This document shows, piece after piece, positions 6,190-6,640 of a DNA stretch of 6,640 bases. The stretch spans positions 1 to 6,640 of the forward strand of contig JADGIF010000560.1 of the NCBI GenBank assembly GCA_018985225.1, written 5' to 3'. Positions within the stretch are counted from its first letter, which is position 1, and every line of letters begins with the position of its first letter. This stretch comes from Amoeboradix gromovi X-113 (taxonomy: Eukaryota; Fungi; Sanchytriomycota). The position numbers and the translations under genes are program-made. The notes under the pieces were generated by a model that had not been told where the DNA came from, did no database searches, and saw nothing but the letters and a program-made list of their open reading frames with translations.

Positions 6190-6640
6190 TGCTTTTAGCG
6201 AGTCTGTGTAAGGTTCTGGAGCAGTCTGCGGAGTGGAAAGCCTAGCTTATGGTATAAAAGATAGAGCGGATAACACAGAGTATACTAAAAGATCGCAAAT
6301 CTCCTGCTATGGTCCTGTAGGCTGGCACTACAGCCCTGTGTGGTTAGTAGACATCTGTTGCAAGAAAGCCTGGTTCTGAGTAAGAGATAAATGAACTGTC
6401 TGCTATGCAGGCTTAAGCACAATGAAGAGAGTGAGGCGGCAGAATTTATTAATCTTGTTTGCGAGTGTCTCCAACGGTCCTGGTGATGTCGTAGTTTGGC
6501 GCATATTCAAGAATGCACTTATTGAGGGCCGCTGTTCTTGATAGGACCGACGCATGATATAAACAGAGTTCCTTCCCAGTCATGGCTACTTGTAGCACAA
6601 GCAAAATCGTGGACACTGAAGAGATGCTTTGATCAGAGAT

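Larger units (their letters stand above)
5785..6640. ncRNA. Candidate large structured RNA adjacent to the TERT start (possible telomerase RNA; unproven, strand uncertain)
   Basis: About 44% GC (385/880 counted for 5761-6640); no ORF over 66 aa lies wholly within it. Stems: 5785-5790/5804-5809, 5867-5870/5875-5878, 5895-5899/5914-5918, 6074-6078/6085-6089, 6172-6181/6200-6209 (10 bp perfect), 6315-6320/6328-6333, 6366-6372/6408-6414, and 6475-6482/6542-6549 enclosing 6507-6514/6534-6541. G-U extensions mostly favour the + strand. A competing pseudogene reading exists. Confidence 0.3.

Noticed and set aside
6115-6339. Pogo/Fot1 DDE_1-like words VLTLDGYSTH (6115-6144) and LQPC (6328-6339) in + frame 1
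   Set aside because: They are ~67 codons apart rather than the ~30-35 expected, the third Asp is absent, several stops intervene, and the first word overlaps the better PHD-like match on the opposite strand.
1-6640. Alternative genetic code with TAA/TAG = Gln, which would open several frames in 1384-3275 and 5930-6640
   Set aside because: TERT (801 aa) and the arrestin (328 aa) contain many Gln codons, no in-frame TAA/TAG, and end at TAA and TAG at plausible C-termini.
6616-6640. Hammerhead-like CTGAAGA followed by a short GAT/ATC stem
   Set aside because: The required GAAA after stem II is absent (AGAGAT), and the window ends here.
5780-6640. Known RNA families (U1-U6, U3, SRP, RNase P/MRP, group I intron, rRNA, tRNA)
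   Set aside because: I could not find their conserved signature sequences in the right order. An isolated GTGATGA (5844-5850) and GAAAGCCTG/CAGGCTTA are insufficient.
1-6640. Telomeric repeat tract, CRISPR array or prokaryotic operon
   Set aside because: No tandem G-rich arrays or regularly spaced repeats; gene content is eukaryotic.

Overview
Gene-dense, AT-rich eukaryotic DNA read with the standard genetic code; both intact genes are intronless (fungal-like or protist origin is an inference). The clear features are an alpha-arrestin gene (118-1104, minus) and a complete, compact telomerase reverse transcriptase (TERT; first ATG at 5747, stop at 3342, minus, 801 aa) with TEN/GQ, CP-, QFP- and T-like motifs and RT motifs 1, 2, A, B', C, D, E. 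A plus-strand frame open from the left edge to 267 overlaps the arrestin 3' end. Between arrestin and TERT lies about 1.9 kb that looks like a decayed plus-strand gene. Directly upstream of TERT, with no AT-rich spacer, is an 880-nt block of higher GC (about 44% by hand count, versus about 34% in sampled TERT lines). It has no long ORF, many stems, a possible pseudoknot and a template-like 10-mer, so it is a candidate telomerase RNA physically linked to TERT. The same block also carries a PHD-finger-like remnant, so a decayed gene or transposon is a serious alternative. The sequence alone cannot decide between them.
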